Of a DNA stretch of 64,000 nucleotides, positions 41,739 through 52,289 are shown piece by piece. Under the pieces are notes generated by a model that was given only the letters and a program-made list of their open reading frames with translations, had not been told where the DNA came from and searched no databases. Source of the stretch: an uncultured Deinococcaceae bacterium (GTDB lineage Bacteria; Deinococcota; Deinococci; Deinococcales; Deinococcaceae); contig CAXULY010000019.1 in assembly GCA_964252075.1 (NCBI GenBank), forward strand, positions 30,221 to 94,220, read 5' to 3'. Both the position numbers and the translations under genes were made by a program. The number at the start of each line of letters is the position of its first letter. Position 1 is the first letter of the stretch.

Positions 41739-41768
41739 TTGACACCCTTTTTGGTTAAGCGCTAAGCT
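41739..41768 (+). promoter_or_regulatory. Sigma-70 promoter with overlapping LacI-type operator
   Basis: TTGACA (41739-41744)-N18-TAAGCT (41763-41768); near-palindrome TTAAGCGCTAA with central CG. Confidence 0.7.
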
Positions 41769-41803
41769 AATCGAGAAACACAACCCGATCTGAAAGGAGC
41801 TGA

Positions 41804-42826
41804 GTGGGCGCATCACACGCAACACTGGCGGACATCGCGCGCGCCGCGGGCGTGTCCAGCGTCACGGTCTCCAAGGTGCTGAACGGCCAGCCGGGCGCCT
41901 CTGCCGCCACCCGGCAGCGCGTTCAGGAAATCGCCCAGCAGTTCGGCTACGTGCCGAACCTCTCCGCCCGGGGACTCGCCAGCCGGCGGACCAACCTCAT
42001 CGGGTTCGTCACGCACGACCTCACCGTCCAGTACGCGACCGAAATCACGCGCGGCATGGCAGACGCCCTCGCACACGCGGAGCTCGAGATGTTGATTTCC
42101 AGCACGTACCACGATGAGCGTCAGGAGCGGAAACGCGTGCAGTTCCTGGCCCGTGGACTCGCGGACGGCATTCTGCTCCTCGCGCCTCGCATGGAAGCGG
42201 ACCTCGCGCAATGGCTGAACGACGAGAAAATCCCCACCGTGGTGATCGACCCCCAACGCCTGGACATCGCCTTGCCCTCCGTGAGCGTCCAGAACTACAC
42301 CGGGGCGCGCGCAGCGGCCGAACACATCATCGGACTCGGTCACCGACGCATCGGGTTCATCCGCGGCCACCCTGATTTCGAGTCGAGCGAGGACCGCCAC
42401 CGCGGGTACCTGGACGCCCTGATGGCCGCAGGCATCGAGTACCACAATGAGCTCGTCCGGGACGGCGACTACACCCAGAAGCGGGGCTTTCAGGCCGCGC
42501 TCGAACTGCTCAACCTGACCGCGCCCCCCAGTGCGATACTCGCGACGGCCGACGTGGTGGCCTTCGGCGCGCTCGACGCCGTGCGCAGCCGACACCTCCG
42601 GGTTCCGGATGACGTCTCCGTGGTGGGCTTCGACGACGTCCCCCAAGCCAGCCAGGTGTACCCACCCCTCACCACCGTCCAGCAGCCCCTCTACGAGATG
42701 GGCCGCGCGGCCGTGCGACTGCTCCTCAGCTACATCCGCGGAGAGGAACCCGTCACCAGCCGCGTCGTGCTGCCGACCGAGCTGATCGTCCGGGCGTCCA
42801 CGGCGCCGTTTAAAGCCACACCGTGA
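41804..42826 (+). CDS. LacI-family transcriptional regulator
   Basis: [50 protein letters not shown]. Confidence 0.96.
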   Translation: MGASHATLADIARAAGVSSVTVSKVLNGQPGASAATRQRVQEIAQQFGYVPNLSARGLASRRTNLIGFVTHDLTVQYATEITRGMADALAHAELEMLISSTYHDERQERKRVQFLARGLADGILLLAPRMEADLAQWLNDEKIPTVVIDPQRLDIALPSVSVQNYTGARAAAEHIIGLGHRRIGFIRGHPDFESSEDRHRGYLDALMAAGIEYHNELVRDGDYTQKRGFQAALELLNLTAPPSAILATADVVAFGALDAVRSRHLRVPDDVSVVGFDDVPQASQVYPPLTTVQQPLYEMGRAAVRLLLSYIRGEEPVTSRVVLPTELIVRASTAPFKATP

Positions 42827-43039
42827 CGGACCGGTCATCCTCCACCGCTGACCCGAAGGGCCAACCGCATCCCCACAGCACCCCTTCAGGCGCCGCCCCA
42901 CCGCACCCTGAACGACCCCCACAGGGCCAGCTCAACCCCAAGGCATCCTGCGTTTCCAGGCGGGCGTGGCCGTCATGCACGTCACCGCCGCGCCCACCCA
43001 TCCATCAGCCCACGAAGCGGACACCACAAGGAGAGGACC

Positions 43040-44449
43040 ATGAAGACGCACACCCCACCGCAAGACGCACACCGTCCCACCCGCACCGTCCGCGCCACCC
43101 TCGCCATGACGCTCATGATCACGTCCGCAGCCGCCTTCACGGCCACCGACGCCCACGCGCAGTCCCGCACCACCGCCGCATCAGGTCAGCTCACCTTCGC
43201 CGTGTGGGGCAACGAGCAGGACGTCAACACCCTCAAAAGCGTCGCCGCCGCGTACCAGAAACTCAACCCGCAGGTCACCATCAAGGTCGTGCAGAGTGAC
43301 TGCGGTCCGTCCTACGCTGAATGCAAGAAGCTCATCGCGGGCGGCAACATGCCCGACGTGATCGTCCCCGGCATCTGGAACTACAACGCCATGGTGGACG
43401 ACGGCGTCCTGATGAACCTCCAGCCGTACATCAAACGCGACGCCCTGGACGTGAAGGCCTTCACGCCCTCGGTCCTCGCCAACGTGCGCAGCCTCAAGGA
43501 CAAACAGCTCTACGGCCTCCCGATGGGCTTCAACGTTCAGGCGCTGTACTACAACAAAACCCTGTTCGACCAGGCGAAACTGCCGTACCCACCCGCCAAC
43601 GGGAACTACACCTGGGATGACCTCCGCAAATGGGCCAAAGCGCTCACGGTCGACGCCAACGGCAACCGGGCCGGCTCCGCGAACTTCAACCCCGCCCGCA
43701 TCAAGCAGTGGGGCTACACCACCGAAGCCGTGAACGGCCAGGTGGCCCACCTGGACGCCCTGCTGTTCGCCTTCGGCGGCAGCGTCATGAAACTCCCCGC
43801 CCGCCAGACCTGCAATGTCGACAGCCCCGCCAGCGTCCGCGGCCTGCAGTTCCTGCAGGACATGCTGTGGAAGGACCACTCCGTCGTGAGCCGCAACGAC
43901 TTCACCGAAACCGCAGGGTACCTGCGCTTCCGCCAGGGGCAGGTCGCGATGCAGATGGCGTCCCACGAACAGGTGGGCGGCATCCGCGACGACAGCCCCG
44001 ACCTGCGCTACGACATGGCGCCCCTCCCGAAGGGCCCCGCCGGGCAGGCCACCGCCATCCAGATTCACATCTGGGCGGTGTACAACAAAAGCGCCCAGAA
44101 GGACCTGGCGTGGCAGTTCGTGAAGTGGGCCGCGACCGACGGGGCCGTGAAAGGCGCCCCGGACCGCCCAGTGCCCATCATGAACCTCGAACCGGTCTAC
44201 AAGAACCTGGCCGCCGGCCCGGCCTTCGCGGCCGCCCCGGGGGAACCCGCCCACGTGGTCGCCGCGCAGGTCACACCGGCCCGCTGGCGGCTCACCTCGG
44301 TCCCCTCGGCGTTCAACGCCAAAACCGACGACATCACCGGCCAAGACGGCCTGGCCCCCGTGCTGTCCGACATCATGCTGAACAAGAAGACGGCCGCCGC
44401 CGCCGTCGCCGGCGCGTGCAGCAGGATCAACGACATCATGACCCGTTGA
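43040..44449 (+). CDS. Sugar ABC transporter substrate-binding protein (family 1)
   Basis: Signal peptide; YGLP...ALYYNKTLF, YTWDDL, FRQGQVAM. Confidence 0.93.
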   Translation: MKTHTPPQDAHRPTRTVRATLAMTLMITSAAAFTATDAHAQSRTTAASGQLTFAVWGNEQDVNTLKSVAAAYQKLNPQVTIKVVQSDCGPSYAECKKLIAGGNMPDVIVPGIWNYNAMVDDGVLMNLQPYIKRDALDVKAFTPSVLANVRSLKDKQLYGLPMGFNVQALYYNKTLFDQAKLPYPPANGNYTWDDLRKWAKALTVDANGNRAGSANFNPARIKQWGYTTEAVNGQVAHLDALLFAFGGSVMKLPARQTCNVDSPASVRGLQFLQDMLWKDHSVVSRNDFTETAGYLRFRQGQVAMQMASHEQVGGIRDDSPDLRYDMAPLPKGPAGQATAIQIHIWAVYNKSAQKDLAWQFVKWAATDGAVKGAPDRPVPIMNLEPVYKNLAAGPAFAAAPGEPAHVVAAQVTPARWRLTSVPSAFNAKTDDITGQDGLAPVLSDIMLNKKTAAAAVAGACSRINDIMTR

Positions 44450-44465
44450 CCACAGGGAGCCCAGA

Positions 44466-45425
44466 GTGAGAAAGCATGCCGCGCCCCTGAGCCCACGAAC
44501 GCCCGCCCCGCGGCGGGCGTTCGGCCCCCGACAGCAGCGCGAGCTGAGGGCGGCCCTCGTGTTCCTGGCCCCCCTGCTGGTGGGCCTGACCGCCTTCGTC
44601 CTGTACCCGCTGCTGGCGTCCGCCTATTACACCTTCACCAAATGGGACCTCGTCGCCCCGGCGCCCACCTGGGTGGGACTCGACAACTGGCGCTACCTGA
44701 CGCAGGACAGCCGCGTCGGGCAGACCCTCGGCAACACCCTGCGGTTCCTGCTGACCGGCACAACCAGCTACCTGCTGGTGGCGTTCCTCCTCGCGCTGGT
44801 GTTCAGCAGCCCCAGGCGCGCCCTGGCCTGGCTCCGCGGGTTGTTCCTGCTGCCCTGGATGATGTCCGGCCTCGCGGCCGGCGTGGTGTGGACGTGGATG
44901 TTCAACTCCCGGTCCGGTCCGGCCGCCGCCGTGATTGGCCTGTTCACCAGCCAAAACCCGAACCTGCTCCTCGACCCAGGCCAGGCCATGACGGCGATCG
45001 CCATCGCGACCACCTGGCAGGGCGCCGGGTACGGCATGGTGATCTTCATCGCCGGGCTGAACAGCATCCCCCCGGTGCTGTACGAAGCGGCGCGCATCGA
45101 TGGCGCGAACGCCGGGCAGCGCCTCCGGCACATCACCCTTCCGCTGCTGGCCCCCACCATCCTGTTCCTGGTGACCACCGCCCTCATCGGCGGCTTCCAG
45201 CTGTACGACCCGGTCGTCGCCATGACGTCCACCTATGACGTCGGTGGCCCCAACGGCTCCACCCGAACGCTGGTGCTGTACCTGTACCAGCAGATGTTCG
45301 AGCTGAGCGAACGCCACTCCGGCCTGGGGTACGCCTCTGCCATCGCGTGGATGCTGGCCGTCATCATCCTCGCCGCGACGTTCGTCCAATGGTTCATCTC
45401 CAGGCGCGGCGCGCGCCGTGACTGA
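44466..45425 (+). CDS. Carbohydrate ABC permease (MalF/UgpA type)
   Basis: WVGLDNW, LYEAARIDGA, GYASAIAW. Confidence 0.95.
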   Translation: MRKHAAPLSPRTPAPRRAFGPRQQRELRAALVFLAPLLVGLTAFVLYPLLASAYYTFTKWDLVAPAPTWVGLDNWRYLTQDSRVGQTLGNTLRFLLTGTTSYLLVAFLLALVFSSPRRALAWLRGLFLLPWMMSGLAAGVVWTWMFNSRSGPAAAVIGLFTSQNPNLLLDPGQAMTAIAIATTWQGAGYGMVIFIAGLNSIPPVLYEAARIDGANAGQRLRHITLPLLAPTILFLVTTALIGGFQLYDPVVAMTSTYDVGGPNGSTRTLVLYLYQQMFELSERHSGLGYASAIAWMLAVIILAATFVQWFISRRGARRD

Positions 45426-45443
45426 AGGGAGGACGCACCCGAC

Positions 45444-46283
45444 ATGCTCAGCCACGCCGTCCGGCGATTCACTGGAACGATCCTCTTTTACGTGCCGCGC
45501 TCCGCGTTCGCGGCGCTCTACCTGATTCCCCTGGTGTGGCTGATCTCCACGTCCTTCCGGACGGGCGCCCACCTGTTCGACCCCACGCAGTGGGTGCCGC
45601 ACCCCGCGACCACGCAACACTACGAGCGGCTGTTCGACCTGCTGCCCGACCTGTGGAAGTACGCCTTCAACACCCTCCGCATCGCCGTGCTGGCGACCGC
45701 TGGAACGCTGCTGACGTCCTCCATGGCGGGGTACGCCCTGGCCCGACTGCAGTTCCCGGGCCGCACGCTGCTGTTCCTGCTGATCCTCGCGACCCTCATG
45801 ATTCCCGCGCAGGTCACCCTGATTCCCACGTACGTGCTGGTCCGCCACCTTGGGTGGATCAACACCCCATGGGCCATCATTGTCCCGGCGGCCCTGGGCA
45901 GCGCCTACAACACCTTCTTCTTCCGGCAGTTCTTCCTCTCGATCCCCCGGGAGCTCGAGGAGGCGGCCTTCATGGACGGCGCCAGTTACTTCCGGGTGTA
46001 CTGGAGCATCATCGTGCCGCTCGCCAAGCCCGCCTTCTGGACGCTCGGCCTGTTGACGTTCGTCGGTCACTGGAATGGGTTCTTCGCGCCGACGGTGTTC
46101 ATCCAGGCGCAGGACCAGTGGGTGCTCACGCAGGCGCTGCGGAGTCTGCTGGGCACGTCCAATCAGCGGTGGGGCGAAATCATGGCGGGCGTGACGTTGA
46201 TGTCCGTGCCCATGTTCATCCTCTTCCTCTGCCTGCAGCGCCACATCGTCGAGGGCGTCGCGGTCGGTGGACTCAAAGAATAA
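45444..46283 (+). CDS. Carbohydrate ABC permease (MalG/UgpE type)
   Basis: GYALARLQFPGR, IPRELEEAAFMDGA, QRHIVEGV. Confidence 0.95.
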   Translation: MLSHAVRRFTGTILFYVPRSAFAALYLIPLVWLISTSFRTGAHLFDPTQWVPHPATTQHYERLFDLLPDLWKYAFNTLRIAVLATAGTLLTSSMAGYALARLQFPGRTLLFLLILATLMIPAQVTLIPTYVLVRHLGWINTPWAIIVPAALGSAYNTFFFRQFFLSIPRELEEAAFMDGASYFRVYWSIIVPLAKPAFWTLGLLTFVGHWNGFFAPTVFIQAQDQWVLTQALRSLLGTSNQRWGEIMAGVTLMSVPMFILFLCLQRHIVEGVAVGGLKE

Positions 46284-46378
46284 GGGTGGACTTCGAACCC
46301 CCCGTGCCGGTTCACCACCCACCGACGTCCAGCCGCGTGGGCGCGCCCACCTGACCCCGGAAAAAGGAACCCTGCCGC

Positions 46379-48223
46379 ATGCCTGACGCCAAGTCAACCG
46401 TCACCGCCCATTTCGCTGAGCCCCTCGATCCCCCCCTGGTGCGCAAGTTCGGGGTCATGAATTCCGGCCTCGTGGCCTTCGAACGCCACCAGCGCGACCT
46501 GCACCTGCTGTCCGCCCTCGCGCCGGACTCCCTGCGCATCGACCTCTGCTGGGGCGAGCCGCGCACCGGCTGGTCCCAGGAGCCTGTGCAGGGCACGGCC
46601 GACCACCCCGTGTACCACCTCACGGAGATGGACGAACTGGCCCAGCGGCTGAACGACCTGAACGTCTTGCCGTACTGGTCGTACTGCTACACGCCGCCCC
46701 CGCTGCAACACCCGGACTGGCAGAGCGTCCCGAGCGACCTGAACGCCTGGGGGAAAGTCCTGCACGACATGGCCCGCCACTTCCGCACGGCGGGACTGAC
46801 CATCGGGTACCACGAGGTGTACAACGAACCGGACCTGCCAGGCGTGTTCTTCACCGGCACGCTGGACGACTACCTCCAGATGTACGCCTCCGGCGCGCGG
46901 GGCCTCAAGGCCGGTGACCCGCACGCCCTGGTGGGCGGACCCGCCCTCGCCGACACCGACACCTGGACGGCGCCGTTCCTGGATTTCGTCGATCAGCACG
47001 ACCTGCCCCTCGACTTCTTCTCCTTCCACGTGCTCAACCCCGGCTGGCCGGAAGGCACCCTGCATCACGCCGCGCGGCGACTCGCGCAGCTCCGTGAAGA
47101 CTTCGCGGGGCGCGAACGGTTCTTCACCACGGAGGTGCACATCAACGAGTACCACCCGTACACCTACGCGAACACCGGGCGGGGTGGCGCGGCGGACCGA
47201 CACCCGCTGGCCGCGCGGATCTTCAGTGACATTCAGGGGTTGCTGCAGGAAACGGACCTCACGCTGGTGCACTGGGCGCAGTTCATGAGCTCCCTGCCGG
47301 GCGTGAGCGACGAAGGAATGGGGCTCGTCGACCTGGATGGGCGCCGCAAAGCGGCCTACCACGCGTTCAGCCTGTATGCGAGGATGCCGATCGACCGGCG
47401 GGCCGTGTTGGTCGAGGGTGGCCTTCAAGCCATGGCCTCAGTGGATGACCGCCGCGCGTCCCTCGTCATCTGGAACGACACGGCGCAGCACCGGACGCTG
47501 GAGGCGCACCTCACTGAGCTGCCGTTCGCGCAGGCGGAGCTTCAGGTGTTCCGCATCGATCACGACCACGCCAGTTCCGGTGACGATCCCCGAAACGAAG
47601 CGCTGGTCGCGGCCGAACCATCCACGGTGGTCGAGGCGGCGGACGCGCGGTGGACGGGCGTGATCCCGGCGGGCGGCGTCGTGTACCTGGAACTGAACGA
47701 CGTGCACGCGGTTGGTTATGTCGGGCGACCGCCGGCGCGCGCGGTCCACGTGCGCCGCTTCTACCCGAACCGGGGCGCGAGCAGCTACGCTGACTTTGAC
47801 CGCCGCACCTGGACCGCGCGGCTCGGGATGGGTCGAGAAGCGTCCGCCCGGGAGTTGATTGCCGTGGAAGCGGCGGACCTGCCCGCTGAACTCCACATGT
47901 CGTTCGAGGTGAGCGGTGCGCCGGGCGCCCGAAGGGCGGACAGCGTGCTGGGCGTTCGCGTGGATTACCGTGACCACGCGGGCGGCGCGGTCTCCAGCGT
48001 GCTGTTCTGCGACGACCCCGGCGCTCCGCAGGAGGTGATGCCCTGGGGCACGCGTCGGGCGGCCGACCGGACGGAGCGGGTGGACCTCGCGGCCTTCACG
48101 TTGCCGTTGGCGTCCTTCGCGCCCAGGGGCTGGGCCGACCGGGCCACACTGACCTTTCTGATGCAAGACGTCGGCCAGGACGCGCGCGTCAAGGTCACGG
48201 TCCGCCTTCCCCCACATCCCTGA
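46379..48223 (+). CDS. GH39-like (clan GH-A) glycoside hydrolase with additional C-terminal domain
   Basis: Acid/base YHEVYNEPD, VGGPA, LDFFSFH, nucleophile HINEY, KAAYHAF; no signal peptide. Confidence 0.82.
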   Translation: MPDAKSTVTAHFAEPLDPPLVRKFGVMNSGLVAFERHQRDLHLLSALAPDSLRIDLCWGEPRTGWSQEPVQGTADHPVYHLTEMDELAQRLNDLNVLPYWSYCYTPPPLQHPDWQSVPSDLNAWGKVLHDMARHFRTAGLTIGYHEVYNEPDLPGVFFTGTLDDYLQMYASGARGLKAGDPHALVGGPALADTDTWTAPFLDFVDQHDLPLDFFSFHVLNPGWPEGTLHHAARRLAQLREDFAGRERFFTTEVHINEYHPYTYANTGRGGAADRHPLAARIFSDIQGLLQETDLTLVHWAQFMSSLPGVSDEGMGLVDLDGRRKAAYHAFSLYARMPIDRRAVLVEGGLQAMASVDDRRASLVIWNDTAQHRTLEAHLTELPFAQAELQVFRIDHDHASSGDDPRNEALVAAEPSTVVEAADARWTGVIPAGGVVYLELNDVHAVGYVGRPPARAVHVRRFYPNRGASSYADFDRRTWTARLGMGREASARELIAVEAADLPAELHMSFEVSGAPGARRADSVLGVRVDYRDHAGGAVSSVLFCDDPGAPQEVMPWGTRRAADRTERVDLAAFTLPLASFAPRGWADRATLTFLMQDVGQDARVKVTVRLPPHP

Positions 48224-48336
48224 CCCCATCCAGCCGGCACAGCTTCTTCGGCCCGGACCCGCGCGGGTGTGCGCCGGCGCCGACAGGCCCATCGCGCAGT
48301 GCTGCGCATCCTCTCCGATTTCAGGTTGACGGGCGG

Positions 48337-48435
48337 ATGATCGTCAGGACCTTCCCGGCGCTCGACCACTTTGGCCTGCAGCGGGGCGCGCCCGAGGAGG
48401 TGGAGCGGGTCATCGGCGACTTCCTCCTCCAGTGA
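48337..48435 (+). pseudogene. C-terminal fragment of an alpha/beta hydrolase
   Basis: IVRTFPALDHFGLQRGAPEEVERVIGDFLLQ resembles the His-loop and last helix of alpha/beta hydrolases. Confidence 0.4.
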
Positions 48436-49034
48436 ACGGGGCGCGCCGGGGCAGCGGAGGACAAGACCGTCCTCCCAGCACGCGCCCATGGACCAGAGCG
48501 GGCGCAGTGGATCACTCGCTGTTCCAAGTGAACCCGCAGATCGACGCTCTGCACATCGGCGCGCCCGGGCGGGGGCGCCGCCATGAGCTGAAAGCGCCGA
48601 CGTAAAGGCCGGAGGGCGTGTCCGGCCGATCATCACGGCACCGCGCCGTGAACCGCCAGCGGGGCACCCCGACCCACCCCACGCGCCGCGCCTTCCTCAG
48701 GGAGGTGTGAAGGCGTGAGCCCGCCGGGACGCTCCGTGCGGGCCCGATGCGCCAGTTGATCGGACCGCACGGCTGACCTCCACGCCCTCCGCCGCGTTCC
48801 GATCACGCCACAAAGGTGCGGCGCCACCCCGTCCCCCTGCATAAGGTTGGTCTTTACAGCCACCGTACCTGACCGGGCCTCAGGCTCCGATCTTCCCGTG
48901 GGTGTGACTCACGCCCGGAGCGGATGGCGGACGCCTCGCGCCTGACACCACTGTCCCTGCATTCCGTCTTGTCTCCCAACCCAGTGCACCTCGAAGGGAT
49001 CGACTCCACCTTGCGAACAGCAGGACGCTTCCCG

Positions 49035-49430
49035 TCAGCGCGCGCGGCGGATGATGAACGCGTTGCTTGCGGCCTCAAAGCCCACCTTCGGGTAGTACGC
49101 CATGGCTTCCGGGGCGGACAGCAGGATCATCGCCACCTGGTCTCCCAGGCGGTCACGCACTTCCTGCAGGAGGCGGTGCCCCACGCCGCGGTGCTGGTAC
49201 GGCCCGGCGACGGCGAGGTCCGACACGTAGCAGCAGTACGCGAAGTCCGTGAGCGCGCGGCACACCCCCACCAGCGTGGCGCCGTCCCACGCGCTCACTG
49301 TGAGGTTCGCGTGTTGAAACATGACGGCAATCCGCTCCCGGTCGTCCACAGGCCGGCGAATGCCGGAGCTCTGGAACACCCGCACGATGTCCTCCAGGTC
49401 CAGGGGGGCGCCGTGGCGGTATTCGATCAT
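49035..49430 (-). CDS. GNAT N-acetyltransferase
   Basis: DLAVAGPYQHRGVG, YYPKVGF; TAGCCT-N6-ATG. Confidence 0.92.
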   Translation of the reverse strand: MIEYRHGAPLDLEDIVRVFQSSGIRRPVDDRERIAVMFQHANLTVSAWDGATLVGVCRALTDFAYCCYVSDLAVAGPYQHRGVGHRLLQEVRDRLGDQVAMILLSAPEAMAYYPKVGFEAASNAFIIRRAR

Positions 49431-50196
49431 GCCGGAAGGCTAACACGCTGGCGCGTCCTCCAGCGGCGGGGGCGGACACCGAAGGACGTCAGCCCGGTGA
49501 AGTGCGGGCGCGCCGTCATGCCACTGAACGGAGCTCCTCGCCGCGCGGGACGCCTACTGTGGCGGGCGGGACGGCGCGTGCGGCAGATGCGGAGGCCCGG
49601 TCATCCTGAACCGGGCGCCCGTCCCCACGTCCAGAGGCCGACGCAGGGCCGGAACGCCGCGCGCGCATACCCTTCCGCCTCAGGGCAGCGCCGGGGCTGC
49701 CAGAGGCGCACGGCCGCGGCGAAGCCCGCACGATCAATGCCCCAGTCAACCGTTCCGGAATTCTGAGCCGCCGAACGCGCGCCAGGGCAGGAGACAGGCA
49801 AGCCGAACCGGCACGGCCTGAACGGCCAAGCGGTCCATCCAGGACCGGCAGCCACCGCGTCAGAACCGGAAGGGAGACGCGAATTGAAGGTGAACGTGTT
49901 TCAGGTCCCTCTGCCCGTCCTTCACGCCTCCGCGCCGCTTGAGGTGAGGCCCGACCCGCGCGTCCATGACGCCGGTCAGAACGGAATGAAGAGGTTCAGC
50001 AGGCGCTGCGCGGGTCTGACCACCGCCGCCCGCCGGGTGAGGGCGCGTGCGGCCAGGGACCGGAACTCCGCCTCAGGGAGCAGGCGCGTCCCACTCACCG
50101 TCCGGCAGTGCGCCGAGCGGTCTTCCGGCAACTGATGCGACACCTGCAGCGCTTCCGGCTGGTCGATATGGATGGCAGGGCGGAACCGGGCACGCT

Positions 50197-50841
50197 TCAC
50201 CCGCTGGGCGCGTGCGTGAGGAGTCCGTGAAGGAGGAGGTCGGCCAGGGTGGCGGCGTAGGCATGGAGGTCGGTGTCCGGGTGGGCGTCGGTGTAGGCGA
50301 ACATGGCGTCCACCGCCGCCTGGTACGTGACAGCCAGGACGCGCGCGTCGGTGGCCCGGAAGTGGCCCTCGCGCTGACCGCGCCGAAAGAGCCGCTCGAG
50401 GCCCTGGTACACCTCGTCGTAATCCGCGAGGGTGAGCAGGTGCTGACCGCTGGGGTCGCGGAGGTTGCGGGCGATCTCGTCCAGGGCTCGGAACTCCGCG
50501 CGGTGCGTGGCGCCGTAGGCCGCCGTCTCCACCAGGAGCTGCCGCAGGATGACGGGGGTGGGCTGGGTGAGGTCGAGGGCCTGCGTGACGGCCGCCCCGA
50601 TGGTCCGGAAGGTCTCCTTGAGGGTCTGGGCGAGCAGGTCCTCCTTGTTGCGGAAGTGGTAGGCGATCAGGCCCTTGGAGATGCCCACCTGCTGGGCGAT
50701 GCGCGCCACGGACGCCTGCGCGTAGCCGACACTCGCGACGACCGTGATGGCGGCCTGGATGAGTTGCTGGCGGCGCGCTGCCTCAATGAAGCTCGGGCGG
50801 GCCTCAGGGGTGCCCGCGGTGCCGCGTCGTGCCGTGCTCAT
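50197..50841 (-). CDS. TetR-family transcriptional regulator
   Basis: GYAQASVARIAQQVGISKGLIAYHFRNKEDL. Confidence 0.93.
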   Translation of the reverse strand: MSTARRGTAGTPEARPSFIEAARRQQLIQAAITVVASVGYAQASVARIAQQVGISKGLIAYHFRNKEDLLAQTLKETFRTIGAAVTQALDLTQPTPVILRQLLVETAAYGATHRAEFRALDEIARNLRDPSGQHLLTLADYDEVYQGLERLFRRGQREGHFRATDARVLAVTYQAAVDAMFAYTDAHPDTDLHAYAATLADLLLHGLLTHAPSG

Positions 50842-50891
50842 GCGTGCACTCTGGCGGAGGCGCGCGGCCAGATCAAGCCGCTGCGCCTGGT

Positions 50892-51290
50892 TCACGGTGT
50901 GGCGGGGTGCGGCGCGCGCACGAGGAGCGCGACGGCCAGCAGCAGCGCGGCGTACAGCAGCTGCTCGAGGCGCATCCAGGTGGGGAACAGGCCGGGGATG
51001 ACGGCCTCCAGCAGGCTCACGACCGGCAGGACGACCGAGATGATCCGCAGGCGTCGGACCGCGCCGCGGGCGCCGGTGGCCGCGCGGCGCACGACGGTCA
51101 GCAGGACCGCCGCGAAGGCGCACACGATGAGGGCGTGGGTCCAGGCCTCGCGGGTGGCGATGGTGGGGTCGTGCCGGTTCCAGAGCAGCACCGCGAGGGT
51201 CACCAGGGTGGCGAGCGCGTAGAGGGCGCAGAGCCACCAGAGGGGTCGGGCGGCGCGGGGGTGGAGGGGGGGTGCCGGGCGTGCGTTCAT
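50892..51290 (-). CDS. Small 4-TM membrane protein
   Basis: Four hydrophobic helices, PGLFPTWMRLEQ; RBS AGGAGG. Confidence 0.8.
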   Translation of the reverse strand: MNARPAPPLHPRAARPLWWLCALYALATLVTLAVLLWNRHDPTIATREAWTHALIVCAFAAVLLTVVRRAATGARGAVRRLRIISVVLPVVSLLEAVIPGLFPTWMRLEQLLYAALLLAVALLVRAPHPATP

Positions 51291-51306
51291 GGCTGACCTC
51301 CTGCGT

Positions 51307-51371
51307 TTTGAACGAGCGTTCAAAATTTTGAACGCTCGTTCAAATTACGCGAGGATGGGTCCTGGCGTCAA
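51307..51371 (-). promoter_or_regulatory. Promoter with tandem TetR-type operators (38-bp perfect palindrome)
   Basis: TTTGAACGAGCGTTCAAAA-TTTTGAACGCTCGTTCAAA at 51307-51344; minus-strand TTGACG (51366-51371)-N18-TAATTT (51342-51347). Confidence 0.85.
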
Positions 51372-51632
51372 GCGCGAGGGGCCGGAGCCACAGGTCACCC
51401 CTGTCCCCGGTGGCCGCACGGCCTCCGAACGGTCAGGGCACGCGAACCGACCGCGCGGACCTGGTGAACCCCCCGCTCCTTTCGCGCGTCACGTGCCTGC
51501 GGAGGTGCACCGTCCCCCGGGCGCTGCCCCAAGTGATCACGCGATGCGCCTCAACCCACGACCCTGCGCGGGCCACCACCGGCGGCAGGACGAACCTGCG
51601 GGTGGTGCCAGGACCCCGTGCCCCAGGCGCGC

Positions 51633-51966
51633 TCAATACTGGGGCTCGAAGCCCGTCGCGAGGACCTCCATCGCCGCGTCGAACGCGGCGAGCATCCTGG
51701 TGTGGAAGCGGACGAGGTTCGCGGCCTGGCGCTGCTGGCGCTCACGGGTGACGCGCAGCGCGGTCAGCGCGTCTTCGAGGCGGGTGCGGGGCATGCTGCG
51801 GGCGTTGATGGCGCCGTGCGTGCCGCGCGCCGCGCCGGCCTTGAAGCACGCGTCGCACACGGTGGTGTGTCCGAGGGCGCTGAAGGTGCCGCGGCAGGCG
51901 AGGGAGGTGCGCGGCCAGCTGGGCTGGAAGGCGGTGGGTGGGGTGGAGCCGCTCGGCGAGGCTCAC
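51633..51966 (-). pseudogene. Frameshifted small protein with degenerate zinc-ribbon motif
   Basis: RTSLACRGTF...VCDACF followed by a helical tail; the start GTG is in a different frame. Confidence 0.45.
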
Positions 51967-52152
51967 ACGGCCGCCCGGAAGCCGAGGGCGGCGCCACCCT
52001 CGGCTTCATTCCAGTCCTGCACGGCGGCCATGCACTGTGCGCACCTTTTCGAGCTGACAGCGGAAGCGCACCACCGCGCGGCGCCCGAGGTGCGCGGCGA
52101 GAACGGCATGCGTCGGGCGGAGGTCGATGCGGACGAGGTTGTTCGCGTCCAT
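51963..52152 (-). pseudogene. Small ORF, probably frameshifted
   Basis: MDANNLVRIDLRP... stops at 52006; an alternative frame (AVQDWNEAEGG) ends in a GTGA overlap with the next gene. Confidence 0.35.
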
Positions 52153-52289
52153 GGGTGTATGTTTGCGCTCGTGGCGCAGGCAGAAAGGTGAAGGGACGGC
52201 TGCAGATGCTGTGGCGCGCCCACAAATCGCCCCAACGCACCGTCATGCGAGCGGATAGGAAGGCGCCTCCCCTCGCGATAGCGTCAAGG

